64,000 nt of DNA from assembly GCA_041740355.1 (NCBI GenBank), contig JBGSMD010000006.1, positions 1 through 64,000 of the forward strand, given 5' to 3'. How positions within the stretch are numbered: the stretch's first letter is position 1; each line of letters starts with the position of its first letter. The position numbers and the translations under genes are program-made. Origin of the DNA: Bdellovibrionota bacterium (GTDB lineage Bacteria > Bdellovibrionota_C > UBA2361 > CALJRW01). Under the pieces are notes generated by a model. That model was not told where the DNA came from. It did not search any database and worked only from the letters and a program-made list of their open reading frames with translations. Shown in pieces: positions 28,240 through 38,448 of this stretch.

Positions 28240-30978
28240 ATGTCCGACAAAATTTACCTCATCGATGGCTCTGGCTATATCTTCCGTGCCTTCTACGCCG
28301 TTCTTCAGCCGCTAAAAACTAAAAACGGTTTACCCACCAATGCCCTGTATGGTTTTACCAAAATGCTCCTTAAACTTTTAAGGGAAATGGAGAGCGATCA
28401 AGTTGTGATGATTTTTGATGCGGGAAAAGAAACTTTTCGCAATCAACTTTATCCGCTTTATAAAGCTAATCGTTCGGAATGCCCAGAAGATTTAGTTCCG
28501 CAGATGCCTTACTTTAGACAAATTTCTAAAGCCCTAGGTTTGCGAACACTAGAGATGCCCGGCTTTGAAGCCGATGATCTGATTGGAACTTTTGTTAATT
28601 TATTTCAAAAACATAATCAAGAAGTAGTTGTAGTTTCCGCAGACAAGGATTTGATGCAGCTTGTTCATCCCTTAACAAGTATTTACGATCCAATGAAAGG
28701 GAAGCATTACAAAAAAGCGGAAGTTATTGAGAAGTTTGGAGTAGCACCAGAATTTGTGGTGGATTTTTTAGCCATGACTGGAGATAGCTCTGATAACATT
28801 CCCGGTCTTAGTGGAGTAGGTCCAAAAACAGCTACAGCTTTAATTCAAGCTTATGGTGGCGTGGAAAATATTATTGAACAGGTGGACGCTCTGGCAACAA
28901 ACACTAGTATCCGCGGATCTAAAAAGATTGCCGAACAAATAAAAAACGATCCGCAAATTCTACGGCTCAGTAAATCACTGACGCAGATTGAATTAAATGT
29001 CCCTCTAGTTCTGACTGACATAGTAAGCCAACCGCTAATCCAAGAATTAAACCCGGAAGATTTAAAATCTTACATTAAGCGCCAAGTAATTGATGTTGAT
29101 GTTTTACAAAAACTGACCGCACAATTAGAGTTTGAATCAATCGTTTCCGATTTTATCAAGAATAATGCTCCAAAAAAAGAAGCTGTGGCGGATTATCAAA
29201 CCATCTATGCTAAGGATTTTCCAAGTTGGCTAAAGCAGATATATGAGCAGAAGGAATTCTCGTTTGATTTAGAAACTACTTCGCTAAGTACAATCGACGC
29301 TCAGATTGTTGGCGCTGCTTTTTGTTGGGACAACAACCAATCCTTTTATTTGCCTATTGCCCATAAAGAATCAGCTGAACAACAAGTTCCAGTTGAACTC
29401 TTAATTAGTTCCTTAAAGCCAATTCTCGAAAATTATAATATTAAAAAAATTGGTCAAAATTTAAAGTATGATGTGGGAGTTCTTGCTAATTATGATGTGC
29501 GAGTCACTGGGATTAGTTTTGATACAATGGTTGCAGCCTATCTGCTGGATTCCGACGCCTCTTCTTTTGGCCTCACACGTCTCGCGAAAGACTACTTAGG
29601 TTTTGATGTTACTGAGTACAAAGAAACTACTGCTGGCTTACAAGATTTTTCGGAAGTACAAGTTGAGCAAGCAACTCACTACGCGGCGCAAGATGCCCAT
29701 TATGCTTGGTTACTGAAAGAACAATTAGCTCCTAAGATTATTGCTAACGATCTTACTCGAGTAATGGAAGAAATCGAAATGCCCTTAGTAAGTGTCCTCT
29801 CTGACATTGAGCGAAATGGAATCGGACTAGATACTGATTTCTTACTAAAGATGTCCGGACAATTAGAAAAAGATTTAGAAGCACTTAATATTCAAATTCA
29901 AGATCTCGCCGGGGAAGATTTTAATCAAAATTCAACCAAACAATTAGCCACAATATTTTTTGAAAAATTAGGTTTACCAACCGCTGGACTTAAGAAAACT
30001 AAAACAGGAATTTCCACTGACGTTACTACGTTGGAAAAGCTAAGCCATTTGCATCCACTTCCTAAAACAATTTTAGATTATCGGGAGCTTTATAAATTAA
30101 AATCAACTTATGTTGATGCTCTCCCACGCTATGTAAATACTAAAACTCATCGCTTACACACTAGTTTTAACCAAACAATCACAGCCACCGGCCGGCTATC
30201 AAGTTCTAGTCCCAACTTACAAAACATCCCCATTCAAAGTGAATATGGTAGAAAAATTCGCACAGCTTTTTGTGCACCAAAGGGCACTAAATTAATTTCG
30301 GCGGATTACTCGCAAATTGAACTGCGCGTTTTAGCCGATCTAAGCCAAGACAAGAATTTAATTCTAGCATTTAAAAACGATCAGGATATTCACACTCAAA
30401 CCGCTCGTCAGATTCTTAATCTTTCCGGCGACAAACCACTTGATGCTAATCAGCGCCGTCTTGGAAAGACAATTAACTTTGGAATCATTTATGGAATGAG
30501 TGGATTTCGTTTAGCTAAAGAATTAGAAATTCCTGTGGGGCAAGCAACAAGATATATCGACGACTACTTCGCTTTCTATTCTGGCGTAAAAGATTACTTT
30601 CAAAAAGTTGAAGCAAAATTAAATGCTGATGGATTTGTGGAGACAATGTTTGGACGAAAGCGCTACATTAATTCTATTGATACAGCAGGTCGAGATAAGG
30701 GTTTTTTAGTTCGTGCTGCACTTAATGCACCAGTTCAGGGAACTGCTGCCGATATCATCAAAATTGCTATGAACCGTCTGCAACATGTTATAATTACAGA
30801 TAAATTACCCTTAAAAATTATCCTCCAAGTACACGATGAATTACTTTTCGAGACTAGTGAAGATTTTGCAGACACTGCGCGTCAGTTAATTCAAGATCTG
30901 ATGGAATCCGCCCTGAGCTTAGCCGTACCTTTAAAAATTGGCTTAGGAATCGGTTCTAATTGGGGTGAGATACATTAG
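28240..30978 (+). CDS. polA: DNA polymerase I
   Basis: 5' nuclease LIDGS..FRAFYA/EADD, 3'-5' exo FDLETT, polymerase ADYSQIELR, KTINFGIIYG, QVHDEL. ATG at 28240 preferred. Confidence 0.98.
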   Translation: MSDKIYLIDGSGYIFRAFYAVLQPLKTKNGLPTNALYGFTKMLLKLLREMESDQVVMIFDAGKETFRNQLYPLYKANRSECPEDLVPQMPYFRQISKALGLRTLEMPGFEADDLIGTFVNLFQKHNQEVVVVSADKDLMQLVHPLTSIYDPMKGKHYKKAEVIEKFGVAPEFVVDFLAMTGDSSDNIPGLSGVGPKTATALIQAYGGVENIIEQVDALATNTSIRGSKKIAEQIKNDPQILRLSKSLTQIELNVPLVLTDIVSQPLIQELNPEDLKSYIKRQVIDVDVLQKLTAQLEFESIVSDFIKNNAPKKEAVADYQTIYAKDFPSWLKQIYEQKEFSFDLETTSLSTIDAQIVGAAFCWDNNQSFYLPIAHKESAEQQVPVELLISSLKPILENYNIKKIGQNLKYDVGVLANYDVRVTGISFDTMVAAYLLDSDASSFGLTRLAKDYLGFDVTEYKETTAGLQDFSEVQVEQATHYAAQDAHYAWLLKEQLAPKIIANDLTRVMEEIEMPLVSVLSDIERNGIGLDTDFLLKMSGQLEKDLEALNIQIQDLAGEDFNQNSTKQLATIFFEKLGLPTAGLKKTKTGISTDVTTLEKLSHLHPLPKTILDYRELYKLKSTYVDALPRYVNTKTHRLHTSFNQTITATGRLSSSSPNLQNIPIQSEYGRKIRTAFCAPKGTKLISADYSQIELRVLADLSQDKNLILAFKNDQDIHTQTARQILNLSGDKPLDANQRRLGKTINFGIIYGMSGFRLAKELEIPVGQATRYIDDYFAFYSGVKDYFQKVEAKLNADGFVETMFGRKRYINSIDTAGRDKGFLVRAALNAPVQGTAADIIKIAMNRLQHVIITDKLPLKIILQVHDELLFETSEDFADTARQLIQDLMESALSLAVPLKIGLGIGSNWGEIH

Positions 30979-30980
30979 AA

Positions 30981-31553
30981 GTGGATAAAGTTCAGGAATT
31001 AAAATTGATTGCGGATGTGCAGGCAGGAGACAAACAAGCTTTCCGTGCGCTTTATGAGCATTACTATTCTCGAATTTATAGTCTGGCCTTAAGCATAATG
31101 CGTTCAGATGAGGATGCTGAGGAAGTTGTTCAGGAATCATTTGTTAAAGCATATCTAGGTATTAAAAATTTTAAAGGTGAAAGTAGTTTTTATACTTGGC
31201 TTTATCGGATCACTAGAAACATGGCGATTGATGTTAAGCGTCGACTAGCTCGTCGCGTGCAAGCATCACTGGAAGAGCCAGAGTTTGATCGAATTAGTAA
31301 TGAAGAAGGAATTTTAAATTCTATGAGTGCGCCACCTGATCAACAGTTAGAGACAAAGCAAAGTATGGGAATACTAAGTAGTGCTCTGGCAAAATTGAGC
31401 GAGGAACATCGTAGTATTTTACTGATGAGAGAAGTTGAAGGTTTTTCGTATGATGAAATAGCTAGTGTTTGTGGTTTAAATAGTGGGACTGTAATGAGTC
31501 GTCTTTTTTATGCCCGCAAGGCACTGCAAAAAGCCTTAACTGATGCCAGTTAA
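30981..31553 (+). CDS. ECF sigma factor (RpoE-like)
   Basis: DAEEVVQESF.KAY, SFYTWLYRI, region 4 GFSYDEIA...GTVMSRLFYAR. Confidence 0.93.
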   Translation: MDKVQELKLIADVQAGDKQAFRALYEHYYSRIYSLALSIMRSDEDAEEVVQESFVKAYLGIKNFKGESSFYTWLYRITRNMAIDVKRRLARRVQASLEEPEFDRISNEEGILNSMSAPPDQQLETKQSMGILSSALAKLSEEHRSILLMREVEGFSYDEIASVCGLNSGTVMSRLFYARKALQKALTDAS

Positions 31554-31608
31554 GCTAACTACTGGTGGATGAGGCTTGAATTTGGTATAATTATTTTGAT
31601 GTAAGATT

Positions 31609-32253
31609 ATGAAAAAACTTAGCGAAAAACAACAAAACATTCTAAGTGCCTACTATGATCGTGAATTGGGATTTTTAACCAATTTGTACGTTGAGCAGGT
31701 CTTACTTAAGTCTCTGGTAGCGAAAGAGTTCCTAGCCGAACTATCTAGTTTATCAGCACAGATCTCCAAAGATTTTCAACCCCTAATTACTGACAACAAG
31801 TGGAACGTGCTTAATTCCCGCTTACTACAAGTCGAAAAAAATTCTATTTTTCACGACGCAGATTTACCAAAAGTTTCTTTTCTGGAAAGTTTTTGGAAAA
31901 GACATCCAATCTCGGCTACTTTTGCAACAGCTTCTACAGCGTTTTGTTTAGGCTTAGTATTTAAGTTAGGATTTGTTAGTCTGTTTGAAGTTAGTCCTTT
32001 AAATACGGCGCCACAAAACATTGCTAGTATTGCAACTGCTCCAGCTACACCAACAAATGTTGCTCCGGTGGTTAGTACGAATCTCCCGGTTACATTAGCA
32101 AGTAATAATAGCGCTCGATCTGCTGTTGAGTTAGATTGGGTAAAAAGCGATGGACGAATTAGAATGATTCCTGCTCGCAATGGTTCTTCCAATATTATTT
32201 GGGTAAAAGCTCCAAGAAGTCGGTATTTGGCTAAAGTCCAACAAAATAAATAG
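31609..32253 (+). CDS. Putative transmembrane anti-sigma factor
   Basis: LSAYYDREL anti-sigma-like N-terminus without Zn ligands, single TM, follows the ECF sigma. Confidence 0.7.
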   Translation: MKKLSEKQQNILSAYYDRELGFLTNLYVEQVLLKSLVAKEFLAELSSLSAQISKDFQPLITDNKWNVLNSRLLQVEKNSIFHDADLPKVSFLESFWKRHPISATFATASTAFCLGLVFKLGFVSLFEVSPLNTAPQNIASIATAPATPTNVAPVVSTNLPVTLASNNSARSAVELDWVKSDGRIRMIPARNGSSNIIWVKAPRSRYLAKVQQNK

Positions 32254-32255
32254 TT

Positions 32256-32744
32256 ATGCTGAAAATCACGACCATACTACTTTGTGCATTACTTATTCCT
32301 GTTTTATCTTTTGCTAAAGATTTAACTTTAACGGTGGAGACAATTACTTGCGAAGAGCCTCGAGTCGACTTAACGGATAAGAAATTAACAATTCCTGATT
32401 CACTTGGACATATCAAAGAGAAACTTGAAGATATCCATTTTAAAACTTTCAATTTAGAATCTGCTCAGTCGGTAACTTTACCGATGAAGGAAAAGAAAAA
32501 GTTAACTCTTAATAATGGTGACGCCCTAGAACTGGAAGTACTTTATTTTGAAGATCAAAGAGTAGGACTCTGGATTAATTGGAACGATTCCTCTGGAATG
32601 CAATTACTAGATACCCGAATGCATTTTGATGCCTCAGAAACAATGTTAGCTGGCGCTGAGTGTGAAGAGAATAAAGGGAAGATGTTGGCGGTTAAGGTTT
32701 CTTCAGAGGCAGCTGTGGCGGTGGAAGTTGAATCCTCAAAATAG
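32256..32744 (+). CDS. Exported hypothetical protein in the ECF operon
   Basis: Signal peptide; 2-bp spacing after the anti-sigma gene. Confidence 0.7.
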   Translation: MLKITTILLCALLIPVLSFAKDLTLTVETITCEEPRVDLTDKKLTIPDSLGHIKEKLEDIHFKTFNLESAQSVTLPMKEKKKLTLNNGDALELEVLYFEDQRVGLWINWNDSSGMQLLDTRMHFDASETMLAGAECEENKGKMLAVKVSSEAAVAVEVESSK

Positions 32745-32767
32745 TTGGGTTAAATATTAAATAGACT

Positions 32768-32980
32768 TTGATGAGAAAAAAAGTTGAAGTAGTTTTTTTT
32801 GGTCAGGCAAAGGATTTCACTAAAAGTGATTCAATTAACTATTGGCAAAAGCAATCAGATGAGGCTAGGCTAAGGGCAGTGTGGGAATTAACAGTTGATG
32901 CTTGGAAACTAAAAGGAAAAGATTTGAATGAACTCCGATTTCAAAGAACTGTTGGCTTATTTAAATCAAGAAAAAGTTAA
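32768..32980 (+). CDS. Small partner protein of a minimal nucleotidyltransferase (TA-like pair)
   Basis: 70 aa, D..YW.....E.RL....EL...RFQR pattern; overlaps the downstream NTase gene. Confidence 0.65.
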   Translation: MMRKKVEVVFFGQAKDFTKSDSINYWQKQSDEARLRAVWELTVDAWKLKGKDLNELRFQRTVGLFKSRKS

Positions 32981-33377
32981 GTATTTAATTGTTGGAGGCT
33001 ATGCCGTTTCATATTATGCCGAACCAAGATACACTAAAGACTTAGATATCTGGGTCGAACCGACCAGTATTAATTCAAAAAAACTAATCCAAGCATTAAG
33101 CAAATTTGGAGCACCAATTGAACAGTTTGCTCTAGATGAGTTCGCTCATCCTGGTGTGATTTTTATTTTTGGGATTGCTCCCAACAGGATTTATATTTTA
33201 ACTAAAGTCCAAGGAACGACATTTGCGCATGCTTGGAGCAATAAACATCAAGTTAAATTTGAAGATTTAAAGATAAATTTTATCTCTAAAAATGACCTGA
33301 AAAAATCAAAAAAAGCAGCTGGACGTCCCCAGGACTTAATTGATCTAGAAAATTTGAAGGGAAAGTTAGACTCCTAG
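32928..33377 (+). CDS. Minimal nucleotidyltransferase (DUF6036-like)
   Basis: YLIVGGYAV...PRYTKDLDIW; C-terminal K.AAGRPQDLID. Confidence 0.85.
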   Translation: MNSDFKELLAYLNQEKVKYLIVGGYAVSYYAEPRYTKDLDIWVEPTSINSKKLIQALSKFGAPIEQFALDEFAHPGVIFIFGIAPNRIYILTKVQGTTFAHAWSNKHQVKFEDLKINFISKNDLKKSKKAAGRPQDLIDLENLKGKLDS

Positions 33378-33443
33378 TGGGAATTAATTCGGAATTTCAT
33401 AAGACGTTTCTTTCCTTAAAAAGTCTTATTCAATAATAAAATT

Positions 33444-35402
33444 TTAAGAGATTAATTCCAACTTCAAATCATTCTTTTCAGGATTAACTGCGAGTAAACG
33501 CACTTTGATTTCAGTGTTCCCAGTCATGTTTTGAGGTAGGGCAACTAAGCCTGTGATTAAAAGATCTTTTAGTACAACCATACCAAGTTTTTTGTCATTT
33601 TTAATTACTGTAGCAATGAATTCGGAGCCTTTAGGATAGTTTTCTGATAAGTACTTTAACAACCAAAATCGTTTACTTTCCTTACTGGCAGTAACTGCTT
33701 CTTTTAGTGGGGAGAAAGTTAACTTCTTAATTTTTTCTAAGTCTTTGCGATCAAGTTCAGTTTTCTTAGTTTTTAAGTGACTAATAATTTGGCGTTGATT
33801 ACACAAATCTTGATAACGACGAATTGGAGAAGTTGCTTGTAAGTATGCTTTTAATCCTAAGGCATGGTGTGGTTGCGCTGTTAAGTTAGTGTAAGAAGGT
33901 TTAAATTGTTCAGGGTTTTGTTGTCCAGCAGCATTCTGAGTTTGCTCCGGTGCTTCTTGGCAACGAAAAAAAGCCGGAATAAAATTTTGTGAGGCGTACT
34001 CCGCAAAAATCTTGTTAGCAATAATCATTAACTCAGCAATGATGTTCCTTGCAAAGTCATGCTCATCGAAAATTTCTAAAGTTAATTTGCCGTTAATAAT
34101 TTTTGTATCACTCACTTTTTTAGGAGTTTTAATTGCCCCCGATTCAATTCTTTTCGTCTCAAATTGATTAGTTATTTGATAGAGCTCTACGAATCTAGGG
34201 TCTTCCGCTTCTAGTAATTGATCCACTTGTTGGTAAGAAAGTTTTTCGGAAACTTTGATTAAGCTCGGAAAGATTTTAGAAGATAATAAGTTGTAGTGGC
34301 GGTCTAAATTCAAGTGAATGGTTAATGCTGGACGAACTTCTCCTGCCAGTAAACTTCCTAAATTTTCAGAAATTTCTGCTGGCAGCATATTTACATTTTG
34401 CCCCGTGGAGTAGACGGACGTAGCTCTTTTTAAGGCTAATTTATCAAGAACTGAGCCCTTACAAATTAGTGCCGAAATATCACTAATATGAATTCCTAAT
34501 TGCCAACCATCAATTGATTGTTCCAGAGAAATTGCGTCATCCATATCCATTGTGGATGCGTCATCAATAGTGAACATGGGAACTTTAGTTAAATCTTTGC
34601 GGTTTTTATCCTGAATGATTTTTGGGTAAGCAACTGCTAGCTTTTTACATTCTTGCATTACCTGCTTGGAAAAACTCAAACTTTGGTGATGCCGAATTAA
34701 AATTAAATCAGCGTAGTTTTTAATAATCCCTAGTTTTAAAAGGATCTGATAAGCAGAAGCGGGAATTGGATCTAAATCAGTAATCTTTAAAATCTTAATT
34801 AACTCTTTTAGAAATTCTCGAGCTTCCTTTTTTTCTTCAGGTAAGATGTCTCGGCTTTCGGCAGCAAAGGCTAGTAAATTATGGACCAGTCTTTCCGCTA
34901 TTTCTGGGAGGCCCTGCAAGTTGCTGATATTATCTCTTAAGAACTCTAGTGTTGCTTGTAATTCCTGCTGATTAATTTGATCCTTTTTGTGCGTCAAAAG
35001 CCTGTCAGCAACCTCTTTTTCTGAGCGACGGTGAAATTCTTGCCCCTTTCTCTTAAAATGGATTTTATCGGCATTAATTGCTTCAAAGATAGCTAAATTC
35101 TCTAGTATTCCTGAGGAGTTAAAGGCAATTATGGAAAGTTCATCAGCGCTTAATTTTTCCTGCTTAGCGGTTGCAAGCCAGATTTTAGGAATGTCTATTT
35201 CTAAAGATTTTTTGGAGGCTAATTTCTGGGTTTCTGTAAGATTTAAATTGTCGTCTGAAGCATCACCTAGGATGTATAACCTATTGATATTTATCTTAAT
35301 TTCTTTTTGATTAGATGTGGTCACACTGAATTCTGTGCCAGTTTGTTCTTGGGCAGAGCCCAGAAGGTAAGAATCATCTTGAAAGTAAATAACAAATTTC
35401 AC
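33444..35402 (-). CDS. RNase II/RNB-family exoribonuclease
   Basis: TIDDAST.DMDDAIS, IHISD, AELMIIAN, H.ALGL..Y...TSPIRRY.DL, C-terminal S1-like domain. Confidence 0.92.
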   Translation of the reverse strand: MKFVIYFQDDSYLLGSAQEQTGTEFSVTTSNQKEIKININRLYILGDASDDNLNLTETQKLASKKSLEIDIPKIWLATAKQEKLSADELSIIAFNSSGILENLAIFEAINADKIHFKRKGQEFHRRSEKEVADRLLTHKKDQINQQELQATLEFLRDNISNLQGLPEIAERLVHNLLAFAAESRDILPEEKKEAREFLKELIKILKITDLDPIPASAYQILLKLGIIKNYADLILIRHHQSLSFSKQVMQECKKLAVAYPKIIQDKNRKDLTKVPMFTIDDASTMDMDDAISLEQSIDGWQLGIHISDISALICKGSVLDKLALKRATSVYSTGQNVNMLPAEISENLGSLLAGEVRPALTIHLNLDRHYNLLSSKIFPSLIKVSEKLSYQQVDQLLEAEDPRFVELYQITNQFETKRIESGAIKTPKKVSDTKIINGKLTLEIFDEHDFARNIIAELMIIANKIFAEYASQNFIPAFFRCQEAPEQTQNAAGQQNPEQFKPSYTNLTAQPHHALGLKAYLQATSPIRRYQDLCNQRQIISHLKTKKTELDRKDLEKIKKLTFSPLKEAVTASKESKRFWLLKYLSENYPKGSEFIATVIKNDKKLGMVVLKDLLITGLVALPQNMTGNTEIKVRLLAVNPEKNDLKLELIS

Positions 35403-35542
35403 TTATATTGAAGCAACATAAAGCCGAAGATAGACATAACTTATAATATCTTTTTATCTTTTACCAATCTGAGTGATAACTATCTGTTATAGGTTATAAA
35501 TCTTAAAGTGCAATTGGTCTAAAAAAATTTAAGTCAAATATC

Positions 35543-37192
35543 ATGTCATTAAAGATCATTAATATTGAACCTGAAGCCTTCCCAGTCGAATCAGCTAAAG
35601 GTCTTAATGCACCCCCACCCCCAAAAAGCACCCCAGAATCTAATGAAGCAAAAGGGTTTAATCCTCTGGTGATAACAAAACTTGATCCATTGAGTCACTA
35701 TAAGTTGCCTAATGCAAATATTCGATGGGAAGATCATGTAGCATTTTTAGAGCAAGAAAATGCAGCAAAAGAGCCTATACTTAGAAAAGGTATTAAGACA
35801 GATACTGACGATCGAGCAGGTGTAATTGATAACTTAACTAATACTTTCCCGACTGTCATTAAGCAAACAACTTTGCAGAATGAGAATAAACAATATTTAA
35901 CTTTAAATGGTGATCCGATTCAAGTCGCTCGTTTTGAAGTAGCGAGTGCCAGCAATGGTTATAAAATTAGCACTGTACTGGATTATCCTGGAGCGGAACA
36001 AATTCCTTGTAATCAAGCAGTATTAAAAGAGGTCTGCAAACTAGCAAAAGAATTAGATTCGAAAAGTGGAAAGATGTTAGAAAACGATTTAAATAAAATC
36101 GTTCAACTATTGCAGTCTGCTGGCATGTTGCATTATGCAGAACTGGAGGGGTTTACGATACAATCCCAGACAACTATAGCCGGGCAGTATCAAGGGATTA
36201 GATTTAAGAATATGACAATTTGTGGCACAGTCTCACTTGATCTTAAAACTCGAGAAGGTTTAGATCATGATAAATCATTGGACATAACCTCAGCGCTGAT
36301 TAGTTGTAAGATTATAAAGGGTCGTTTCTTTGGTAACATGGCTGATTTAGAAATTTCTAAAGCAGATCCAGCTGTCAAAGGTTATGCTTTAATCTGTCAG
36401 GGAGCTGACTTAAATGGACCTGCGGGAAGCGATTGGTCTAAAATGAAAAACTATAATCCCCGAGATATAAAGTTTAAGAATGATCACTTTGGTGGAAGAG
36501 ATGGATCAGATCGCTTTGATAATGTTCATGGTCTTTGGGGGTCGATGAATTTTGAAACAATTAAGTATTTACTAGGGGTACGTCAGCCTTGTTTAGCAAA
36601 TATGGTCAAATTTGGAGAGGGTTCTCCAATGGATCTTTACTTAGGTTCTTATGCGAGAAAGAATGGTGCGGAAAGAGTTAGGCATCGCTGGAATTATCAA
36701 GCCTTTTTATATGATACCGAAGTGTCAGGTTTTTCGGAGACTACTAAAAAGTCATTAACAGCTGGGGAAGTGACGGTACCAGTAAAACTGCCGAATTATA
36801 ATAATGCCGCAATCTTACGTAATCTGGCCAAAAGAGATTCTAGTCTAATTACCTGTGAAATTGGTAAGAAGATTTTTTATGTTGAAGCTGCTAGTTCTTC
36901 TTTTCGTGGTGCTTACATTGCGGAAACATCAGATCTTAGTAAGGTTGCAATCGCAATTCTAGATACAGATTACATTGTTCGACAACACTATATTTGTGAG
37001 GTTGATTTATTGGCCAAAGCTTTAGAAGAGATGAGAATTCAAGACGTAGCTGCTCGTGTGAAACGCACAAAATCTCAGATGAACAACGCTTTAGATCCTA
37101 TTGTTGGGGCTTCGAAGGCTATCGATGACAGTTCAAGTCGCTCATTATTTGATATAGCATTTAATAATTTTTTTGAATCAAAAAAAATATAA
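35543..37192 (+). CDS. Orphan hypothetical protein (549 aa)
   Basis: Long ORF; Pro-rich N-terminus; no signal peptide or recognised motif. Confidence 0.75.
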   Translation: MSLKIINIEPEAFPVESAKGLNAPPPPKSTPESNEAKGFNPLVITKLDPLSHYKLPNANIRWEDHVAFLEQENAAKEPILRKGIKTDTDDRAGVIDNLTNTFPTVIKQTTLQNENKQYLTLNGDPIQVARFEVASASNGYKISTVLDYPGAEQIPCNQAVLKEVCKLAKELDSKSGKMLENDLNKIVQLLQSAGMLHYAELEGFTIQSQTTIAGQYQGIRFKNMTICGTVSLDLKTREGLDHDKSLDITSALISCKIIKGRFFGNMADLEISKADPAVKGYALICQGADLNGPAGSDWSKMKNYNPRDIKFKNDHFGGRDGSDRFDNVHGLWGSMNFETIKYLLGVRQPCLANMVKFGEGSPMDLYLGSYARKNGAERVRHRWNYQAFLYDTEVSGFSETTKKSLTAGEVTVPVKLPNYNNAAILRNLAKRDSSLITCEIGKKIFYVEAASSSFRGAYIAETSDLSKVAIAILDTDYIVRQHYICEVDLLAKALEEMRIQDVAARVKRTKSQMNNALDPIVGASKAIDDSSSRSLFDIAFNNFFESKKI

Positions 37193-37204
37193 GAATTAAT
37201 AAAA

Positions 37205-38446
37205 ATGACTGAGGTAGTAAGATCGAAAATTTTTCTAACAGAGGGTAAGGATCGCAGCGATGCGATTGTCGGTTACTATCAAAAATGGGCAGGAGCTTCA
37301 ATCACACCACCAGAACATGGCTTTAGAGCTGAGCGTATTAGCCGTGTGCTAGAGTATGATCCAGCAACGATTTCACATTCACAAGATCCAAATGCTCTAA
37401 ATTACACTTTAAGAATTTTTAAGTCATTTGAAGCTACTCAAAAAAACATTGATCAGTTAGTTCCACAAGAGAATAGATTAGGTTTAGCAACAGCACTGTT
37501 ATTAGATATCAATCATCAATTTAAAGTTTTAGAGGCTAATCCAGAGGCAAACGCTGAGTTGCGTAATTTACATTTCTTATCCATGCCATACCTTGTATTA
37601 AGATTTAACGCGAGCCAAATTGCAGCAAATTTTAATCTTCCAAAGGATGATTATCCGGTGGTAGCAGCACATCTGTTAAAAGGAGAATTACAGGAAGTGC
37701 TGGAGAAGATTCCAACTAGCAATTCAGTTGTGAAATCTAATATTAAAAAATTATATGCAGCTTTGGCGTTGTATGATGAAGAAATACTTATTGCGAAGAT
37801 TGAAAAGGAAAAAGATGGGGGTAAGGAGGATGACAAGTTTAAGGCTGAGGTTAGAGATGAATATCAAGTGGCTAAGCTCAATAATTTATTAAGCCAAAAA
37901 AGCATTGGTTCAGAAGTTGTCGGGGCAGTTTCTGAATTTATGACTAGCATTTTAAAAGAAAATACTGGGAGTACTGTCACTTCAGTCGAACTATATGAGA
38001 ATTTATGTAAAGTTCAGCCAAGGCTGAAGCCAGATGAAATGTCATTTGACATCTTAAGTGATGATAATCTTAAAGTTACATTAACAAAGCTGACTCAAGC
38101 ACTATTACTTACAAAAACTTTAAGTGCCAAGATGATTACAAGGATTGATAGCTTTGTTCAGCAGGTTCCGGTAGAACCAAGATTTAATGGTATTAATCAA
38201 GTGTTAGGTAAGGCCTTAGATTTAATTCGTAATGATATCCAAGATGCGGTTTTAGGAATCAGAGATGACAAATTCCATTTTGACGACAAACGCGCTTGGG
38301 AAGGTATTCAGTATCCATCAGATCCTTCTGGAACAGCTCCAACACCAAAACATTCCAGCGAATTTTTAGCTGCATATAAAGTGACTTATGGACGAATTTT
38401 TCTAGATATTCTTGAGCTCGGGACGAAATATACAGGGGATAAATAG
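37205..38446 (+). CDS. Orphan hypothetical protein (413 aa)
   Basis: Long ORF 12 bp after the previous gene; looks helical; no recognised motif. Confidence 0.75.
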   Translation: MTEVVRSKIFLTEGKDRSDAIVGYYQKWAGASITPPEHGFRAERISRVLEYDPATISHSQDPNALNYTLRIFKSFEATQKNIDQLVPQENRLGLATALLLDINHQFKVLEANPEANAELRNLHFLSMPYLVLRFNASQIAANFNLPKDDYPVVAAHLLKGELQEVLEKIPTSNSVVKSNIKKLYAALALYDEEILIAKIEKEKDGGKEDDKFKAEVRDEYQVAKLNNLLSQKSIGSEVVGAVSEFMTSILKENTGSTVTSVELYENLCKVQPRLKPDEMSFDILSDDNLKVTLTKLTQALLLTKTLSAKMITRIDSFVQQVPVEPRFNGINQVLGKALDLIRNDIQDAVLGIRDDKFHFDDKRAWEGIQYPSDPSGTAPTPKHSSEFLAAYKVTYGRIFLDILELGTKYTGDK

Positions 38447-38448
38447 AT

